A stretch of 64,000 nt of DNA from an uncultured virus (IMG/VR IMGVR_UViG_3300009104_000005) (lineage: Duplodnaviria > Heunggongvirae > Uroviricota > Caudoviricetes), in IMG/VR virus record IMGVR_UViG_3300009104_000005. One strand, 5' to 3'. The number at the start of each line of letters is the position of its first letter. Positions within the stretch are counted from its first letter, which is position 1. The position numbers and the translations under genes were made by a program. The notes beneath the pieces are model-generated. The model did no database searches. It was given only the letters and a program-made list of their open reading frames with translations, and was not told the DNA's origin. This document shows, one piece after another, positions 59,367-64,000 of this stretch.

Positions 59367-60098
59367 TCACATGCCTTGTTGTAGACCTGCTGGAGGGGCA
59401 GGGGTACCACCATTCATACCATCACCTAATTGGGGTCCATCTCCACCACCAGTAACCAACTCCTTGAGTTTGTCCACTAAGTCAGTTATCTTGGCAGCAA
59501 GACCTTCAGGGTCAGAAGGTTCATCATCTCCTGGAGGCATATCATCAGGGAGTCCACCAGCACCCTCGTCTCCCGGTGGGGGCATGTCAGGAGAGGGGAC
59601 TTCGTTTGGTGGACCACCTTTAGCCCCACCAAGTATCGCATCTAGAGGCGATGCTTTCTCGATACATGAGACATTTTTGCATATACCACCACTACAAGAC
59701 ACACCACAACTAGGGCAAGCCTTCTTGAGTATAATTTCAATCTCCTTCCTAAGGTCAGAAGGAGGCTTACCTACACTAGAATGAGTGTAGGAAGAAGGGG
59801 GGTGTGGGTCTCCACCGGAAGGGTTCTCGTGAGCATCTAGAGTAGAACCTGTCTGATGGGGGTTAGCATTGATGAATTTCACATTCTCACTGGTAGCACC
59901 CTTATTGGTAACATCCTCTGAATCACCAGGCAACTCTTGATTAGTATAGTAGTGATTCATAGGGGCTTCCTCTACCCCTGTGATATTACGAATCTGAGAA
60001 TTATCCATCTCTAACTTCTCAATCATACTGCCTGCTTTCTCTACTAGTTCATCCACATCTGGGGCATGCTGCCCTGCTTCTACTTGCATTGGTTTCAT
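59367..60098 (-). CDS. Hypothetical head-module protein, Pro/Gly-rich, Cys cluster
   Basis: CPSCGVSCSGGICKNVSC; ATGA coupling. Confidence 0.7.
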   Translation of the reverse strand: MKPMQVEAGQHAPDVDELVEKAGSMIEKLEMDNSQIRNITGVEEAPMNHYYTNQELPGDSEDVTNKGATSENVKFINANPHQTGSTLDAHENPSGGDPHPPSSYTHSSVGKPPSDLRKEIEIILKKACPSCGVSCSGGICKNVSCIEKASPLDAILGGAKGGPPNEVPSPDMPPPGDEGAGGLPDDMPPGDDEPSDPEGLAAKITDLVDKLKELVTGGGDGPQLGDGMNGGTPAPPAGLQQGM

Positions 60099-60454
60099 TG
60101 GTCCACCGACCTTCCTTCTGCTACTGCGGCTTGGTCTGCCATAGCGTGAATCTCATCCCAACCCATATCGTGCCAATCTGCGTTATCAACAGGGGGTTCT
60201 ACCATAATCCCATCTACCATAATGGCAGCCTTCTCAATGACCTCATTTCTTTCGCCCCTGAGAGGGTCACCCCATACATCCTCAGTTTCGGGAGTTGAGG
60301 CCCTAACATAGCCAGCCTTTTGTAAGAGCATTGATGGGTCATTCAGCATTTTTCTAAGTTGCAGGTTCTGCTCTTGTAGATTACCAATGTCACCATCCAT
60401 ACGCTCCATCTTAGTGATGAGAGCATCGACTAGATTAGTGACCTCATTACTCAT
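60095..60454 (-). CDS. Hypothetical head-module protein (coiled-coil)
   Basis: ATGA-coupled. C-terminal MGWDEIHAMA resembles the protease/scaffold C-terminus LSWDDVHRLA. Confidence 0.72.
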   Translation of the reverse strand: MSNEVTNLVDALITKMERMDGDIGNLQEQNLQLRKMLNDPSMLLQKAGYVRASTPETEDVWGDPLRGERNEVIEKAAIMVDGIMVEPPVDNADWHDMGWDEIHAMADQAAVAEGRSVDQ

Positions 60455-60810
60455 TGCCCATCAACCCTCTGGCCGAACCCATGTTGGGGTCTCCAATCAC
60501 TCTGGATTCCATCAGGGCCGATATATCCCATAGGGCGGTCACCCTTGATTAGAGCACCTTGGTCCTTGAACTCCATTACAGGGGTACCACCAGCATAGAT
60601 ATCATTTACACCAGTTGTAGATTCACTCTCGGTTTGTGACTTGTAAATTGATGTCACATCTTCTGCTAGGAAATCACTAGTTTGGCTAAGTGCTCTGAGT
60701 AGTTGCTGTGCTGACACAAGGTCATCATTTTTCAGAGCCATTTTGAACTCTGCCATTGTTGTTTCCAGTTTTCTGACCATAGGGTCCAACTTGATAATCG
60801 GCTCAGTCAT
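60451..60810 (-). CDS. Hypothetical head-module protein
   Basis: 119-aa ORF directly downstream of portal. Confidence 0.7.
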   Translation of the reverse strand: MTEPIIKLDPMVRKLETTMAEFKMALKNDDLVSAQQLLRALSQTSDFLAEDVTSIYKSQTESESTTGVNDIYAGGTPVMEFKDQGALIKGDRPMGYIGPDGIQSDWRPQHGFGQRVDGQ

Positions 60811-60840
60811 GGGTGTCGCATACCCCCTCTACACTTCAAT

Positions 60841-62808
60841 CTATCGTGGCAAGCCACCTTTCTTCTTGCCCCCCAAAGCGTTGGCTCCGGCTTGTTTGGC
60901 ATCTTCTATAGCATCCAAAGCCTGTTCTATAGGAGTTTTCTTACTACCCCTCTGTTGTGTCTTAGTTGCCCCAGTAGTTGTACCTGATTTCGCATCCACT
61001 CGCTTGACAGGGGCTATCCGACCATGTCTCAAGCCTTGGCTCTCAGAATCTGAACCTGCCCCTACACTCTTTCGAGTCACCATAGGCATCCTACGAGCAT
61101 CACCTGGATGGAACATATGCTGACTAGGTGGTCTAGCAGCAGGCCCTTGACCTCCCCCTCCCGGTGGAGGCGCTACTGGGGCGGCACCACCACCTGGTGG
61201 CATGACCATTGGGCCTCCTCCCATCGGTGGCATTCCTCCCGGTGGGGGCATAACACCACCACCTGGAGGTGGTGGCATCATACCAGGTGGTGCACCCCCT
61301 GCCTCAGGAGGAGGAGGCATAGCCCCACCTCCACCACCTTGTTGCATCGCTGCTTGTTGCTGGGCGGCCAGTTCTTGTGGGTCAGGCTTCTTGTAAACGA
61401 ATCTAATATCTCTACCTGCGTCTTCAGTGAGTTCAGGCTGGAACCCTAATTGGGCCATTCGCTGAGCGATATTGACCTCTTGCTCATCTCTTCTCAGACG
61501 AGTGACTTCATCTTCTTCCTCATTCGGATAGAGCGTCATCTCCCAATCTGTTACTCCCATTTCTGAGAAAAGTCTAGGGAAGATATCACGAGAGTATAAT
61601 TTCTGGCCAAACTCCACAGCACGATTAGTAACTAGTATCTGAAGTCCCTCGTTGTTGAGACCACCACCCTTACCAGAATCCATCATGAAGATGTTTGAAA
61701 CCCCATAGAATGCTGCTATACGCATGCGTAGTTCATCACGGACTGCACCATACTGCATCTCGTCTAGAGTATCCATAAATCTGACGAACTCTACACGACC
61801 TCTCCCTGTAGCAGACTCCACACCTACCTTAGGGATGTAGTTCGGGTCACGCTCCATCTTCTCCTCAGCACCTTTCCAGAACGCTGCAGTAGATTGGATG
61901 TTATCGGTGGTGATGGACAATACACCTCTCGGAATCCTACGCTTCTGATAAGCCAGATACATGTAATTGTCCATGGCTGTCAATGTCATAGCCTGTCTCC
62001 ACATAGTGGCTACTGGACTACGACCGTATAATTTGGAAGGACTGAACTTGGAAACATGAACAATTTCACCCTCGATATAGTATTGGGTCTTACCAGAACC
62101 AGCAGTATTGATAAAATGCACATCCTGTAAATCAAGTTTGCAAACCTCACACTCCTTATCCTCTTCTGAGTACGGGTAGGTCTTATCCCTATGAACTGGA
62201 CAAACCAGATACCTACCACCTCTAGTCCCTCTCTTGTCTGCTACAATCCTCATGAAAGTAGGGTCACCTCTCATTATTTCCTTGACCCTGAAAAAGTCAA
62301 TCTTACCATTGTCAGGGTTGAGGAAGTATTCCTTGATGAGAACTATGAAACCATCATCTACGATATCCATGTCCCATTCGACCTCTCTCAAGACATCAGT
62401 AAAGGACTGGTCCATCCCATTCCTTTGCTTGACGAACCATCGAGGGTACAATATCTGGTCTGCCTCTGGGGACTGGAAATCAGTACCACCGCATATCCTG
62501 CATTCAGATATAGTATCATGCTGGTACTCCTCCTCACATTGTCCACACTTCTTGTGGAACTTTTTCTTCCAGTAATGACCCCTCCTGAATATCTCCTGAC
62601 AGAGGGTGTTGATTGTGGTTCTGAGAATGATACTCTCTTGCACTGTGGCATAGAGGGCTGGTATGCTCACACCCTGAACTAGGACAGGCTCCTGTATGCC
62701 AGCCTTCCAAAGAGGCATTATCGGCTCAGGAGTAGTTTTCTTTCTACGGCTACCAGTTATTCTGTCAATAAACCTAGCAACCATACCCTTGTCATCTTCA
62801 CCAGCCAT
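60841..62808 (-). CDS. Portal protein with zinc-ribbon insertions and Pro/Gly-rich tail
   Basis: IVHVSKFSPSKLYGRSP, RIPRGVL and RIAAFYGVS portal motifs; CGQC/CRIC and CPVH/CEVC inserts. Confidence 0.88.
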   Translation of the reverse strand: MAGEDDKGMVARFIDRITGSRRKKTTPEPIMPLWKAGIQEPVLVQGVSIPALYATVQESIILRTTINTLCQEIFRRGHYWKKKFHKKCGQCEEEYQHDTISECRICGGTDFQSPEADQILYPRWFVKQRNGMDQSFTDVLREVEWDMDIVDDGFIVLIKEYFLNPDNGKIDFFRVKEIMRGDPTFMRIVADKRGTRGGRYLVCPVHRDKTYPYSEEDKECEVCKLDLQDVHFINTAGSGKTQYYIEGEIVHVSKFSPSKLYGRSPVATMWRQAMTLTAMDNYMYLAYQKRRIPRGVLSITTDNIQSTAAFWKGAEEKMERDPNYIPKVGVESATGRGRVEFVRFMDTLDEMQYGAVRDELRMRIAAFYGVSNIFMMDSGKGGGLNNEGLQILVTNRAVEFGQKLYSRDIFPRLFSEMGVTDWEMTLYPNEEEDEVTRLRRDEQEVNIAQRMAQLGFQPELTEDAGRDIRFVYKKPDPQELAAQQQAAMQQGGGGGAMPPPPEAGGAPPGMMPPPPGGGVMPPPGGMPPMGGGPMVMPPGGGAAPVAPPPGGGGQGPAARPPSQHMFHPGDARRMPMVTRKSVGAGSDSESQGLRHGRIAPVKRVDAKSGTTTGATKTQQRGSKKTPIEQALDAIEDAKQAGANALGGKKKGGLPR

Positions 62809-64000
62809 CAGATATCACCTACCAACCTACTCATATCGTCAACAAGCCTGATGACCTCGGGGTCACTCCTACCCCACGAGAGGACCTCTTGTTCATCAAC
62901 ATTCCACTCGTCAAGCATTTCATCAGACTTGACATCTTTCCAATTCTCCCACTTGACTACCTTGTAGAGTTCATCCCTACGCTTTGTAATCATATCACCA
63001 TTACGGCCTCTCAAATCAAGAAGTTGCAAAACACATTCAGCCTGCTTCTTCTTCAATCTGAGATGGGGTTTGATGCCTACCAATAATTTTCTTAAATCAT
63101 CACCACTATAGAATTGCAATCTGTGCTGGCTTCTCTTACTGTTTTCATGCACCTTCAAGTCTAACTGTAGAATACCACAATTCAGTAAATCATGTATCTG
63201 CTCACAATGAGCACGACCCCTCACCCCAGTGGCTATAATCCCTGCGCGAGGCTCACCCCGCTTCGATATAGTGATATAACCATCAGCATCCAAGAAACCT
63301 GCTGTGTATGCCCAAGGGTCCTTGATGACACTAGAAGAGTCTGTAGGTAACAATTCCCATTTATCTTGGTGCTTGGTGATATTGTACTCAAGCCCATAGG
63401 TCTTGAGTAGAGCACTCAATTTCTGAACTGAGAATGACTTATTCCTACCATCTAAATGAGACATGTTTTCCATAAGGGTTCTAGAATCCATAGCACCATT
63501 GTGAGACAACATATCTGCAGCAGTGTTCAGATAAACAGCCTCAGATTTGCTAAGACTATCTGCCTGATGTAATGTACCCCTCCACATACCCTTGGATTCC
63601 TTCCTCTTACTCATAGACTCCACCCACAAATCTCTTTGCTCATTGTCCCACTCTCCTTCCACTTGAGCAAGCCTCTTGATGACATCATTAGCATTATCCC
63701 ATTGAATACAAGCCTGTTTGAGTGACACTTCTCTATTATTGCCGAACTTTCTCAGTGCCTTCAGGTCTCGGTCACTTATACCTAGCCCTTTGATAGCATC
63801 TAAGTGCCCCGAAGTCCATGGTAAACTATCCAAAACAGAGTCAATCTCTGCCTCCTTAGCCTTTCTCACAGCACCTATTAATTGGTCGATATCCCCAGCA
63901 AACTGTTTATGCACTCGTCTTTTCATGCGTAGGTTTTTGATAAGTTCAGAGGCAGACTTTCCGAATTGGTCCTCGAACCAACCATTCACCACTTCATCTT
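62808..64000 (-). CDS. LAGLIDADG-domain protein with long N-terminal helical region (possibly 5' truncated)
   Basis: WAYTAGFLDADGYI...IKPHLRLKKKQA. The frame stays open to the window edge; TGATG coupling to portal. Confidence 0.8.
   Translation of the reverse strand, partial: DEVVNGWFEDQFGKSASELIKNLRMKRRVHKQFAGDIDQLIGAVRKAKEAEIDSVLDSLPWTSGHLDAIKGLGISDRDLKALRKFGNNREVSLKQACIQWDNANDVIKRLAQVEGEWDNEQRDLWVESMSKRKESKGMWRGTLHQADSLSKSEAVYLNTAADMLSHNGAMDSRTLMENMSHLDGRNKSFSVQKLSALLKTYGLEYNITKHQDKWELLPTDSSSVIKDPWAYTAGFLDADGYITISKRGEPRAGIIATGVRGRAHCEQIHDLLNCGILQLDLKVHENSKRSQHRLQFYSGDDLRKLLVGIKPHLRLKKKQAECVLQLLDLRGRNGDMITKRRDELYKVVKWENWKDVKSDEMLDEWNVDEQEVLSWGRSDPEVIRLVDDMSRLVGDI

Larger units (their letters stand above)
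1..64000. mobile_element. Head-tailed archaeal virus genome segment, magrovirus-like (probable Marine Group II/Poseidoniales host)
   Basis: Archaeal-type replication genes plus a thermosome on +, converging with a portal-protease-MCP-tail operon on -. GGTGA/GAGGTGA ribosome-binding sites; no host housekeeping context. Confidence 0.88.

Noticed and set aside
8317..63415. Many short + strand ORFs in the track (e.g. 41889..42479, 59311..59784, 62191..62682)
   Set aside because: Mostly antisense shadows of long - strand genes, without recognisable motifs.
62808..64000. Intein in a terminase gene
   Set aside because: No C-terminal HN-(C/S/T) splice junction or terminase extein motifs in the visible part.

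Overview
The whole window looks like part of a large head-tailed (Caudoviricetes) archaeal virus genome. The gene set closely matches what is described for 'magroviruses' of Marine Group II Euryarchaeota (Poseidoniales); this assignment is inferred from gene content and order, not from a database search. Bases 1-8330 (+) form a tightly coupled replication/recombination operon: PolB (truncated at the left edge), a putative all-alpha NTP pyrophosphatase, a Cas4-like nuclease, a fused PriS-PriL primase, an ERCC4/XPF nuclease, an MCM-like ATPase, a DEDD exonuclease and a group II chaperonin. Bases 8339-64000 (-) form a convergent morphogenesis operon. In transcription order it holds a LAGLIDADG-domain gene (open at the right edge), portal, small head proteins, a 2279-aa protein ending in a catalytically degenerate DNA-ligase fold, prohead protease/scaffold, HK97-type major capsid protein, neck and tail proteins, a tail chaperone pair, tape measure, a 5146-aa tail protein, three fibre-like proteins and a SAM-dependent methyltransferase. 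Most notable observations: an unannotated PIP-box micro-ORF directly behind polB; the giant pseudo-ligase head-module protein; a recurrent hydrophobic-x-K motif that may mark protease-processed head proteins; an in-phase -1 slippery site joining the tail chaperone ORFs; plug-and-socket style fibre termini; and apparent avoidance of GATC and AGCT. No tRNA, rRNA, CRISPR array, integrase or reverse transcriptase was recognised.
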